Assembly (NCBI GenBank): GCA_963850905.1
Contig: CAWKMU010000003.1
Span: 960,001-1,024,000, forward strand
Direction: 5' to 3'
From: an uncultured Gemmatimonadales bacterium
Lineage (GTDB): Bacteria; Gemmatimonadota; Gemmatimonadetes; Gemmatimonadales; Gemmatimonadaceae
DNA length: 64,000 nucleotides
In this document: piece after piece, positions 1-8,911 of the stretch
Layout: each line of letters starts with the position of its first letter
Position numbering within the stretch: position 1 is the first letter of the stretch
Program-made: the position numbers and the translations under genes
Notes under the pieces: model-generated
The model's input: only the letters and a program-made list of their open reading frames with translations
Databases searched by the model: none
Told to the model about the DNA's origin: nothing

Positions 1-762
1 GGGACCGAGTCCCGGGGCGGGCGAGATCCATTCTTCGTAATCGTCCCGATATTCGCGGCGGTCGCGCTCACGGAGCTTGTATTGCGCATCGCGACGGCGC
101 GATACGGCAAGCCCTACTTTGCCCATCATCTCTACCCGACACATCTGAGACTCGACAGCCTGCTCTTCGGCGTGCTACTCGAGTACCTGGTCTGGTCGCG
201 CGGTCAGTCGGTGTGGGCGTGGGTGCGCGCACATCAACCGCTCCTCGTGCTCACGAGCATCGTCTGCCTCGCACCGCCCTGCTTCCTGCCAGCGACCGAT
301 CCCTTCATGGAAACGGCGGGGTTCACACTCCTCTATATCGGCTTCGGCGCGGTCCTGATGCTGGCACTGCGCCCGGCCCCGGAGGCGAACGCGCATGCCA
401 CGCACGACGCGAAAGCCCAGCCCAGGACGGTTGGATCTTGGCGACGGGTCGTTGACGGTTGCACGCCCGTCCCGCACCGGGCTGCCTCCGTGCTGGCGTG
501 GATCGGCGTCTACTCCTATTCGATTTATCTCTGGCACCTCGCCGTCAAGAAGTGGGCGGTCCCCGCCATTGTCCGGACGCTGGGCGCTCACGAGGGCGGC
601 ATCGTAGCGTTGCTCGTGTACCTGGGCGCGTCGCTGCTCACGGGTGTCGCCATGGCCCGCCTGATCGAGATCCCGACGCTGGCCCTGCGGGACCGCTGGC
701 TCCCTGGTGTCGCGACACTGCAGGTCCCGCCCGCGGAGCGCCGTGACGACTTGGCTGCATAA
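1..762 (+). CDS. Acyltransferase family 3 (OafA/YrhL-like) membrane protein, 5'-truncated by window edge
   Basis: Frame open from base 1; multiple TM segments; family motifs 'THLRLDSLLFG' and 'GVYSYSIYLWH', C-terminal 'IEIPTL'. Confidence 0.8.
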   Translation, partial: GTESRGGRDPFFVIVPIFAAVALTELVLRIATARYGKPYFAHHLYPTHLRLDSLLFGVLLEYLVWSRGQSVWAWVRAHQPLLVLTSIVCLAPPCFLPATDPFMETAGFTLLYIGFGAVLMLALRPAPEANAHATHDAKAQPRTVGSWRRVVDGCTPVPHRAASVLAWIGVYSYSIYLWHLAVKKWAVPAIVRTLGAHEGGIVALLVYLGASLLTGVAMARLIEIPTLALRDRWLPGVATLQVPPAERRDDLAA

Positions 763-767
763 AGGCG

Positions 768-3158
768 CTACACACCGAGCGTCACTCTGAACTGCACGGT
801 GAATGGCCGGCCGATGGCTTCGCTGCTGAAGAACGCGCCCTTCAAGATGTAGTTGTTGTTGAAGAGGTTGGTGAAATAGACCTCGGGCTTGACGCTCGTG
901 CGGCCAGCGTAGAAGAAGTAGCCCAGGCTCAGGTTCTGGATGTAGCTGGGTGCCACTTTGAACGCGCGGTTGAAACAGAAGAGGCCTGTGCAGTAGGTGT
1001 TGTACCCAGGCTGAAAGTTCGGTGACCCCGGCGTGTCGGAGTTGTAGGCGTGCACCGTGTCGGGCGCGTAACCATTCGTCAGCCCACTTCCGTAGATGCC
1101 GGTCGCGCTGACGACGAAGCGGTGTTGGCTGTACATCAGATTCCACACCGACGACAGCCGCTGGTCGTGATCCAGGTCGAAATAGGTCTGCGGTGTCTGA
1201 ATCGGGAAGAACCCGCCAGTGATTGGACCGATCCCGTACGCGTGGTTGAGTGCGAGATTCACGTAGCCGGTGAGTGGCCCGCTTGGCCGCACCTCGATCA
1301 CGCCCTCGATGCCCGTCACCCAGATGTGGCCGATGTTGACGTCGGTCGTGATCGTCGATCCCGGGACCGTGTTATCGTCGATACCGGGCGTGCTTTCCTT
1401 GTGGAAGGCCGACAGCTTGGTGACGATCCCCAGCGGGAAGCGATGCAGAAACGCTCCCTCGATGAATGAGTCACGCTCCGGGAGCGTCGGGCTCGTCGCA
1501 ATGCCGTCCTGGGACGCCGAGGTGATGTCTCGGAGGTCCTCAATGTTCGTCGGCATGAAGAGCCGACCGAAATAGAGGTAGAAGGTGTTCGCCTCATCAG
1601 GGTAGAAGTTGAGGCGAATTCTTGGACTGACCTGGGTCTGGTTTGGCGCGAAGGGCTCCACATGGCTATCGAAGCGCAACCCGGTCCGAAGCTCGAACCA
1701 CTCGACCGGCCGTGCGTTCATCTCTGCGTACGTTCCGAAGTCGTATCCGTCGAGCCCTGAGTTCGATGCAATCGGAGCCTCGGCACCTCGTGGATCGAGG
1801 AGCTCGAAGTCCTCGTGGCCGAAGGTGTGTGAGTACGTCGTGCCGACCTTCCCGTCCATCTTCCCGGTAATCATCGGGAAGGAGAAGTCAGCCTTCACAC
1901 CCAGAATGTCGAAGTTCCGGTCCTCGGAGACATCGCGCGGCGTGTGCGTGGGGTCATTCGCATCGATAAACGATGGCGAGTCCGACTCGCCAGGTCGATA
2001 GGTCAGTGAACCGGTGCGGAAGTACGGCCCGATGAACAACTCCGGCGACTGGCTTGCTTCGTCGGTGCCTACGCCTTCGCCGAAGCGGTGATGGTAGGCG
2101 AAGTTGAGGAAGCCGTTGACGTCGGTCTGATGATCGTTCAGAGTCTGGACTGCCGAGTCATACGGCACGTCGAAGTGCGTCATCGAGTAGTTGGCGTCGA
2201 GCGAGATGAGATCCCGCGGCCCCGCCGAGTACTGCAGCTTGCCGAACCCGTAGTAATCCTGGCCGCTGTTGTGATAATTCACTGGTGCGTCACCGCCGGC
2301 GTCGCCAACGATCGGATCCTGGCGCATGTCGCTGCCTTGCGCTTGCCCCGAGATGAACATCCCGAGCCGTCCGGAATTCCCGCTCATGGTGAGCGCCTGT
2401 CCGAGTGAGCCGTAGGAGCCGCCGTACGTCGAGAGCTCCCCGTGGAACGGGCCTGATGGAATTCGCGTCTCGATGTTGATGATCGCTGCCTGGCGCCCGC
2501 CGTACTCCGCGTCCCAGCCGCCGGTTTGGAAATCGATCTGTTGTACGACCTCGGGACTGAACAGCTCATTGAGCGAACCCGCGATGCCCGGTGGGACCGG
2601 CACGTTGTCGATGTAGTACGTGTATTCCGCGTGCTGACCGCGGATGTGCACTTCGCCAGTGGGCGCACGGGCGGCGCCGGCAATCGACTGCTGGATCAGC
2701 GCCGACGTGGTGGTGGACGGGGCGGCGGTCGCTTCGTTCTGGCTATACGTCTGATCGCCGGTCTGGGTGTTGACCGCCACCGGCGCCTGCGCCGTTACTT
2801 GAACCGCCTCGAGCGCGGCTGCCGCCGGGAAGAGCTTGAAGTTCACGTGTACGGTGGCACTCGCAACCGTCACCTCCGTGCCTTTCGCCCGGTAGCCGAT
2901 AAAGTGGGCGGTGACGGTGTAGGTGCCTGCTGGCACGCTGTGCATGATGTAGCGACCGAACGCGTCGGTCGTGGTGTTCGCGACAATGGTCGTCGCGTGC
3001 TGGACAGCGATTTCCACCCCCGGGAGCGGGGCGCCATTGGTGCTGTCGGTGACGGTGCCAGCGAGGTCGGCCGACACGGCGGTCGTCGATACAGGAGAGC
3101 GTGCGCCATCGATGTGTGGCGTGCCTAGCAGCGCGAGCGCGATGCCAATATGAAACAC
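768..3158 (-). CDS. TonB-dependent receptor with N-terminal carboxypeptidase-regulatory-like domain
   Basis: GTG start after GAGGA SD; signal peptide; 'GTVTDSTNGAPLPGV' domain; plug 'HIRGQH...YYIDNVP...GGWDAEYGG'; C-terminal 'NLFNNNY...GRPFTVQFRVTLGV'. Confidence 0.85.
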   Translation of the reverse strand: MFHIGIALALLGTPHIDGARSPVSTTAVSADLAGTVTDSTNGAPLPGVEIAVQHATTIVANTTTDAFGRYIMHSVPAGTYTVTAHFIGYRAKGTEVTVASATVHVNFKLFPAAAALEAVQVTAQAPVAVNTQTGDQTYSQNEATAAPSTTTSALIQQSIAGAARAPTGEVHIRGQHAEYTYYIDNVPVPPGIAGSLNELFSPEVVQQIDFQTGGWDAEYGGRQAAIINIETRIPSGPFHGELSTYGGSYGSLGQALTMSGNSGRLGMFISGQAQGSDMRQDPIVGDAGGDAPVNYHNSGQDYYGFGKLQYSAGPRDLISLDANYSMTHFDVPYDSAVQTLNDHQTDVNGFLNFAYHHRFGEGVGTDEASQSPELFIGPYFRTGSLTYRPGESDSPSFIDANDPTHTPRDVSEDRNFDILGVKADFSFPMITGKMDGKVGTTYSHTFGHEDFELLDPRGAEAPIASNSGLDGYDFGTYAEMNARPVEWFELRTGLRFDSHVEPFAPNQTQVSPRIRLNFYPDEANTFYLYFGRLFMPTNIEDLRDITSASQDGIATSPTLPERDSFIEGAFLHRFPLGIVTKLSAFHKESTPGIDDNTVPGSTITTDVNIGHIWVTGIEGVIEVRPSGPLTGYVNLALNHAYGIGPITGGFFPIQTPQTYFDLDHDQRLSSVWNLMYSQHRFVVSATGIYGSGLTNGYAPDTVHAYNSDTPGSPNFQPGYNTYCTGLFCFNRAFKVAPSYIQNLSLGYFFYAGRTSVKPEVYFTNLFNNNYILKGAFFSSEAIGRPFTVQFRVTLGV

Positions 3159-3294
3159 GGTTGCGTCCTCGTCAGAAAGGAGGGCGAGTCGAGAAACATC
3201 CCCGATGCCTCGAAGCGGGCGTGGCACGGCAAAACGCCGTGCGCCAGCGGTGAACTCCGCCTTTCCGGAGGGGGCGGGCGCCTGGCGGCGCCCG

Positions 3295-3386
3295 AGAGAG
3301 TAGAAAATCTGAAAGTAGAGAGTAGAGAACGACTGGCGACCGTTCGGTCGACGCGCCCGTACCGTCTACGTCTGCTTCCTACTTCT
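3295..3386. repeat. Heptamer-armed palindromic element (GARAGTA-type arms, degenerate)
   Basis: gagagtag..gaaagta gagagta gagaac on the left; ctacgtct..cctacttct on the right; contains the stop codon of the 3366-3779 ORF. Confidence 0.5.
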
Positions 3387-3779
3387 GAAGGTCTGCTCTC
3401 CTGGCCGTGATAGCGCCCGCGCCTCCGGCGACGCAAACGCCGGTGGTGCTCGGGTGCGGGGGAGCGCGCCGATCCACGTTGGCGCGGGCGTGTCTGCCGG
3501 CGCTGGAGCGGGAACGCCCGCGGCGGCTGCGGGCGCTGGAATCGTTGGAGGAGTTGGCTCCTTTCCGCCAGCCGATAAGTACTGACAGAGCGCGCAATCG
3601 TCCGGGTGTACGTGCGCGCACTCCGGACGGCGGTGTGACTCGATGTGCGACGCGGCCTGTGGTGCGACTGACGCCGCTTCCAGCTCCGCGTCGGCGAGCG
3701 ACGCCGCCGCCGGTCCAATCAGCTGGACCAGCGCGACAACGAGCGCTAAGAACCGGAGGCGGAGCGGACGGACAGGCAT
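3366..3779 (-). CDS. DUF2946/CruR-like leader protein (TM helix, His/CxxC, Pro-Ala linker, RAPP motif) upstream of TBDR
   Basis: 'FLALVVALVQLIG' TM; 'HIESH..CAHVHPDDCALC'; RAPP encoded at 3441-3452; co-oriented directly upstream of a TBDR. Confidence 0.75.
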   Translation of the reverse strand: MPVRPLRLRFLALVVALVQLIGPAAASLADAELEAASVAPQAASHIESHRRPECAHVHPDDCALCQYLSAGGKEPTPPTIPAPAAAAGVPAPAPADTPAPTWIGALPRTRAPPAFASPEARALSRPGEQTFRSRKQT

Positions 3780-3786
3780 CGAGCGC

Positions 3787-3957
3787 ATTGTAACGAGTAG
3801 GGGCGCCACGCGCACGCGGGCCAACGCGGTACTGACGCGCCGCACGAGACGAACGTTGCGGCCGGACCGGGCAGAGAACGGGGTTCGGCTCGCCGGCATG
3901 TGTCGCCGTTTCGGAATCCCGTCCTCCTCTGTTCCCTCGACGGTCCGGTGTTACATT
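3787..3957. promoter_or_regulatory. Divergent promoter region with -10 boxes immediately before both start codons (likely leaderless mRNAs)
   Basis: TACAAT (minus strand, 3787-3792) 7 nt before ATG 3779; TG-T-TACATT (3952-3957) 6 nt before ATG 3964. Confidence 0.55.
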
Positions 3958-3963
3958 CGACCC

Positions 3964-4386
3964 ATGCAATCACGGTGGCGGCGCGCGGTAGCGACGGTGA
4001 TCGGGGTATGGTTCACCTTGTCGGTGTCCGGCGTTGCTTTGCAGCTGTGCCCCCTGCACGGGATGCAGATGGCCGCTGGGGCGCACCAGGCCGGAACGGA
4101 TTGCGACCGGACTAGCACGCATGGCCCCGGCTACGCGGGCTCACCCGCTCAGCACGGCAGCCAGCACGGCAGCCAGCACGGCAACTCGCACGACGACTGC
4201 ACCTGCACCGGGATGTGCTGCGTCACGGCGACTGTGACGCTGGCGGCAGCCCCGATCGTGCCGGCGCCGGTCGTGGTGGCCGAAGCGCCGGTAATGGCGC
4301 CCGTGGCCACACGCGAGCTCGCGCCACGCGCGGCGCCTGACGTCACCCTCCCACCTCCGCTGGGCCCGCCAACACTCCGCGCCTGA
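3964..4386 (+). CDS. DUF2946-like His/Cys-rich leader protein ending in PPPLGPP, upstream of TBDR
   Basis: N-terminal TM/signal; 'CPLH'; QHGS/QHGN x3 (12-bp tandem repeat 4150-4185); 'HDDCTCTGMCC'; Pro/Ala linker; LGPP at 4360-4371. Confidence 0.75.
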   Translation: MQSRWRRAVATVIGVWFTLSVSGVALQLCPLHGMQMAAGAHQAGTDCDRTSTHGPGYAGSPAQHGSQHGSQHGNSHDDCTCTGMCCVTATVTLAAAPIVPAPVVVAEAPVMAPVATRELAPRAAPDVTLPPPLGPPTLRA

Positions 4387-4486
4387 CCCCGACCCAGGGG
4401 TCTCTGCGACTGAGGCGCGCCGATCCGGCCGCCCCCGAGCCAGGCAAAGTGCCTGCGCTCGTTTCACTCGCGCGGAGGATACCACA

Positions 4487-6730
4487 GTGCAAGGCAATTG
4501 GGGGCGCCCCAGCCGTGGCGGCGCCACGGCTGGACATAGAAGCAGACTACTGGCGTTGATCCTCGTCGCGGGGACGGCAGGCACATTGCGCGCGCAGGCC
4601 ACGACGACGGCCGACACCGGTCGCCACACCGGCGGCGGCGGTGTGACGACGTCGGCAGACAGCGCCGCGGCCGCAGCGTACGTCGACTCGATGGCCGGCA
4701 CGCCAGCTCATCGACGGATGACGCACGCCGACAGCGTCCGCGCCGCCCGGCGCGATTCGCTGGCGCGCATCGCCGTCCGACTCGGCGCCGTCACGATCAC
4801 GTCGACTCCGGTCCAGGCCTCCGAGCCGATCGACGTCGTACGCGTGACGCCCTCGGTAATCGCGCAGACGCCATCGAACTCTCCATGGGAATTGCTGCGA
4901 GAGACAGCGGGGCTGGAAGCGCATGAGCAGGGACAGGGACCAGGGTTCGCATCCGACATGTCGATCCGCGGCTTCAGCTCTGACCACTCGACCGACATTG
5001 CGTTGTGGGTGGACGGGGTTCCAATCAACGAGCCCGTGAATGGCCATGCGGAAGGCTATAACGATTTCACAACGATCTTTCCGGAAGCTGTGAGCGGCAT
5101 CGACGTGATCAAAGGTCCGACGAGTGCGTTATATGGCAACTTCGCCTTCTCAGGCGTCGTCAACGTCCGCACGCTGGATCGGATCGACAACACGCAACTC
5201 GATGTTTCCGCCGGCAGCTACGGCAATTATGAGGGTGTGCTGCTCACGGGGTTCGACCACGGCAACACGACGGGGATGCTCGGCATCCGTGCGACCCACG
5301 AGGACGGGTGGCGGCCGCACGGCGAGAATCAGATCGGCCAGCTCCACGGACGACTCGAGCACGAGATCTCGCGAAACACGACCCTGGACTTTGGGTTGGA
5401 GTTGTATGCCACGACGTACAACTCGCCGGGTTTCCTCGACACGGCATCGTACCTGGCCCGCCACTACAACATCGTGTCGAACTTCGGGGACGGTGGCTTC
5501 AAACGTCGCGGGCAGGAGCGCGCGAGCATGCGCACCCTGTTCAACCCCGACCTCGAGTGGCGCACAACCCTCTACGGGATCGAGGATACGTGGAACTTCT
5601 GGCTCAGCACGCCGCCGGGACTGGGCGGACTGTTGGAGGGGAGCGGTGTCGAGACGAGGGAGTACGATGGTCGCTACGGTGGCGGTGCGACGTCCGCCAT
5701 AACGTACACGACGACCCACGTCAACATCACCGCTGGCGGCGAAGGACGCTACGACTATTCGGACTACGAGAACTGGGGCGAATACGGCAGCAAGTTTCGG
5801 ACGGACTCGGTGCCATTCGGCTTGACGCAGGCGCACCAATCATCCGGCGGCCTTTTCGTGCAGTCGAGTTTCGATCTCACACGATATCTTCGCTTCGACC
5901 TCGGAGGGCGCGTCGACCAGTTATCGAGCTACGCACACACGCCGTCCGCCTATAACTACGACTCTCTGCCGGCCGCGCCGTACTACTCGCTCGGTCCATA
6001 CGCCAATGTCCAGCGCAGCAAGGGGATCTTCTCACCAAAGACCGGTGTCTTGCTGCGCCTCACGCCATGGATGGGCGTCTACGCGAATATCTCACGCGGA
6101 TGGCGTCAGGCCGATGGCGTCATATTCGACCCGACTGTCCCCTTCATCACGCTCTGGGACTACGAAGCGGGAGTCAAAATGGGGCGCGGCCCATGGGCGC
6201 TCGAAGCGGCGGTCTTCCGCATGGACCTGAGCAATACGCAGACGTACAACGGCGTGACGACGATCAGCGGCGGACCCAGCAAGCGGCGCGGTGTGGATCT
6301 GACCGGACACCTCGTCGTCACCCCCGCCGTATTGCTGACGAGCAGTCTCACTGTCGTCGATGCCAAGTACACGAAGTACTACGATTCGGACGTTGGGATC
6401 GACTACTCGGGCCAGCCCGTGTTCAATACGTCGACGTACGTTGGCGACGTAGCCATCCAGGTCGCTCCACCACACGCGATCTGGCAGTGGCGGTTGGGCA
6501 CGAACCTCCAAGGACGATACACACCGTTCGAGGAGACACCCGGGCTCACCCGGCCCGCCTTCGCCCTCTTCTACACCAGCGGCGGCGTGCGTGTCGCGGA
6601 TAACGCCCACCTCGAGGTGGGTATCCGCAACCTGCTGAACACCCAGTATCGCGAGTTGGAATCCGGGTACTTCATCACCCCCGGCCAGCCCCTCTCCGTC
6701 TTCGTAACGATGCATTATGACATTTTTTAA
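4487..6730 (+). CDS. TonB-dependent receptor (probable metal uptake)
   Basis: GGAGG SD at 4474-4478; plug 'IRGFSSDHSTDIALWVDGVPINEPVNGHAEGY'; 'KGPTSALYG'; C-terminal 'NLLNTQY...PGQP...DIF'. Confidence 0.85.
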   Translation: MQGNWGRPSRGGATAGHRSRLLALILVAGTAGTLRAQATTTADTGRHTGGGGVTTSADSAAAAAYVDSMAGTPAHRRMTHADSVRAARRDSLARIAVRLGAVTITSTPVQASEPIDVVRVTPSVIAQTPSNSPWELLRETAGLEAHEQGQGPGFASDMSIRGFSSDHSTDIALWVDGVPINEPVNGHAEGYNDFTTIFPEAVSGIDVIKGPTSALYGNFAFSGVVNVRTLDRIDNTQLDVSAGSYGNYEGVLLTGFDHGNTTGMLGIRATHEDGWRPHGENQIGQLHGRLEHEISRNTTLDFGLELYATTYNSPGFLDTASYLARHYNIVSNFGDGGFKRRGQERASMRTLFNPDLEWRTTLYGIEDTWNFWLSTPPGLGGLLEGSGVETREYDGRYGGGATSAITYTTTHVNITAGGEGRYDYSDYENWGEYGSKFRTDSVPFGLTQAHQSSGGLFVQSSFDLTRYLRFDLGGRVDQLSSYAHTPSAYNYDSLPAAPYYSLGPYANVQRSKGIFSPKTGVLLRLTPWMGVYANISRGWRQADGVIFDPTVPFITLWDYEAGVKMGRGPWALEAAVFRMDLSNTQTYNGVTTISGGPSKRRGVDLTGHLVVTPAVLLTSSLTVVDAKYTKYYDSDVGIDYSGQPVFNTSTYVGDVAIQVAPPHAIWQWRLGTNLQGRYTPFEETPGLTRPAFALFYTSGGVRVADNAHLEVGIRNLLNTQYRELESGYFITPGQPLSVFVTMHYDIF

Positions 6731-6734
6731 CGGC

Positions 6735-6851
6735 CGGGTGACGGGTAGCGGGTGACGGGTGAACAAACCAGAAGGCCAGTGGCTGGCGATCCGTCAGTGG
6801 CCTTCGAGGTAAATTGCCGTCACCCGTCACCCGTCACCCGCCCGTCACCCG
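6735..6851. repeat. Heptamer-armed palindromic element (GGTGACG arms, 40-bp core)
   Basis: gggtgac repeats, AACAAAC 6762-6768, core 6769-6808, GTAAATT, then cgtcacc repeats. Confidence 0.75.
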
Positions 6852-6853
6852 CT

Positions 6854-8821
6854 TTGTCTAGCTCCTCCCCTCACCTCGAAGCCTCCTTCGACGTCATCGT
6901 CGTCGGTGGCGGTCACGCAGGGACCGAAGCGGCTGTCGCGGCGGCCCGGCTTGGGGCGCGGGTCGGGCTCATCACGAGCGCACTCGAGAGCATCGGGCAG
7001 ATGTCGTGCAACCCCGCGATCGGCGGGGTAGCCAAAGGCACAGTGGTTCGCGAAGTCGATGCTCTTGGTGGCATCATGGGACGCGCCACGGATCTCGCGA
7101 TGCTGCAGTTCCGGATGCTCAATCGCAGCAAGGGGCCGGCCGTATGGGCCCCGCGAGGTCAATGCGATCGCGGCCTTTATCGACGCGCCGTGCGCTCGCT
7201 CATCGAGCAGCGTGCAGGTCTCTCGCCCATTCAGGGAACCGTCGCGCGACTGATCCTCGACGAGTCGGGCGACAACGGGCGTCCGCGGGTTGCTGGCATC
7301 GAGACGATCGAGGGACGTCGCTTCGGTGCGCGCGCCGTGGTGGTGACGTCGGGGACATTCGGTCGGGGACGAATTCACATCGGCGTCGACCGACAGATGG
7401 GAGGGGGACGAGCGGGCGAGGCGCCGACGACCCATTTGTCCGAGCAGCTCGAGGCGCTTGGTCTCACGGTGAGCCGATTCAAGACCGGAACGCCCCCGCG
7501 CATCGATGGACGGTCGGTCGACTTTCGCTCGCTCGACCGGCAGCAGAGCGAGATCGAGCAGTTCGACTACTCGTGGTCGCATTTCTGGCCGACGCCGCGC
7601 TCAGGGGCAACGGGGACTCGTCATCCCGCACAGCTCCCGTGCTGGATCACGTTTCTCGAGGAGGAAGGCAAGCACATCATCGCCGATCACATCGGCGAGT
7701 CCGCGATGTATGGGGGTGCGATTGCCTCACGCGGCCCGCGGTACTGCCCGTCCGTCGAGGACAAGATCGTCAAGTTTCCTGCGGCCGAGCGACACCAGAT
7801 CTTCCTGGAGCCCGAGGGACACGACACCGCGGAACTCTACGTGAACGGCCTCTCGACGTCACTCCCCGCGCCGGTGCAGCTATCGATTCTGCGAACGATT
7901 CGCGGCCTCGAGAACGTCCGTATGACACGCGCCGGGTACGCGATCGAGTACGATTACTATCCGCCGACGCAGCTCGACGCGACCCTCGCCGTTCGTGCAA
8001 TTCAGGGACTGTATTTCGCGGGTCAGATCAACGGAACGACTGGCTACGAGGAAGCCGCTGGCCAGGGTGCCATCGCGGGGTTGAATGCGGCACTCGCTGT
8101 GCAGGGACGAACGCCGATAGTGCTGGGGCGCGAGACGTCCTACATTGGGGTGCTGGTCGACGACCTCGTCACGCGCGGCGTTGACGAGCCCTACCGGTTG
8201 TTCACATCACGCTCCGAATTTCGCCTGACGGTCCGACAGGACAATGCAATCGCGCGCCTCGCGCCGACGGCGACGTCGCTCGGCCTGTACGATGCCGGCG
8301 AGTCCGCAGTGGTCGACCGACGGCTCGCCGCCGAAGGCGAAGCCCGGGCGCTGGCCCGGGCGACATCGGTGCGGCCGGATCAGGTGTCGGCTCTGCTCGA
8401 TGCGGCGAAGAGCGCGCCGGTCGCGCAGTCGGTCCGCATCGTGGATCTCGCCCGTCGCCAGGGTGTCGCCCTCGATGCACTCTTCGCTGCCGCGGGTGTC
8501 GGTGTCGCGCTGCCGCGAGACGCCGTCGTCACCGCGGAGCTGGAGATCAAATACGAGGGCTATTTCGAGCGAGAACGTATCCAAGCCGACCGGATGCGGC
8601 GGATGGGCGAGTTGACACTCGCAGATGACCTGCCGTACGCCGAGATGCAGTCGCTGACCTACGAGGCCCGCCAGAAGCTGTTGGCGCGGCGCCCCGCGAG
8701 TCTCGCCCAAGCATCACGCATTCCAGGCGTGAGCCCGAGTGATTTGCAGAATTTGGTGGTCGAGGTGGAAAGGTCCAGAAAGGCGGGGTCGGGGATCAGG
8801 GGTCAGGGGTCAGGGGACTAA
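6854..8821 (+). CDS. mnmG: tRNA uridine-5-carboxymethylaminomethyl modification enzyme MnmG (GidA)
   Basis: 'FDVIVVGGGHAGTEAA', 'MSCNPAIGG', 'KTGTPPR', 'GPRYCPSVEDK', 'AGQINGTTGYEEAAGQG'; start uncertain (TTG 6854 chosen, since the upstream frame is repeat-derived). Confidence 0.95.
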   Translation: MSSSSPHLEASFDVIVVGGGHAGTEAAVAAARLGARVGLITSALESIGQMSCNPAIGGVAKGTVVREVDALGGIMGRATDLAMLQFRMLNRSKGPAVWAPRGQCDRGLYRRAVRSLIEQRAGLSPIQGTVARLILDESGDNGRPRVAGIETIEGRRFGARAVVVTSGTFGRGRIHIGVDRQMGGGRAGEAPTTHLSEQLEALGLTVSRFKTGTPPRIDGRSVDFRSLDRQQSEIEQFDYSWSHFWPTPRSGATGTRHPAQLPCWITFLEEEGKHIIADHIGESAMYGGAIASRGPRYCPSVEDKIVKFPAAERHQIFLEPEGHDTAELYVNGLSTSLPAPVQLSILRTIRGLENVRMTRAGYAIEYDYYPPTQLDATLAVRAIQGLYFAGQINGTTGYEEAAGQGAIAGLNAALAVQGRTPIVLGRETSYIGVLVDDLVTRGVDEPYRLFTSRSEFRLTVRQDNAIARLAPTATSLGLYDAGESAVVDRRLAAEGEARALARATSVRPDQVSALLDAAKSAPVAQSVRIVDLARRQGVALDALFAAAGVGVALPRDAVVTAELEIKYEGYFERERIQADRMRRMGELTLADDLPYAEMQSLTYEARQKLLARRPASLAQASRIPGVSPSDLQNLVVEVERSRKAGSGIRGQGSGD

Positions 8822-8900
8822 CCCGTCGGCCGGTTGCGCGCGCCATGTGCAACCTTGCGGTTTGTTTCCCTGATCCCTGACCCCCGATCCCCGACCCCGC
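8783..8900. repeat. Heptamer-armed palindromic element (GGGGTCA/GGGGATC arms, 37-bp core)
   Basis: Five heptamers encode the mnmG tail GSGIRGQGSGD*; GACTAAC 8816-8822; core 8823-8859; GTTTGTT; then tgacccc/gatcccc repeats. Confidence 0.8.
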
Positions 8901-8911
8901 CGTTCAGTCGT

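Noticed and set aside
4390..4486. Cobalamin riboswitch upstream of the TBDR (GAGCCAG-like segment)
   Set aside because: Only 100 nt available, and the conserved GGGAA and B12-box elements are missing
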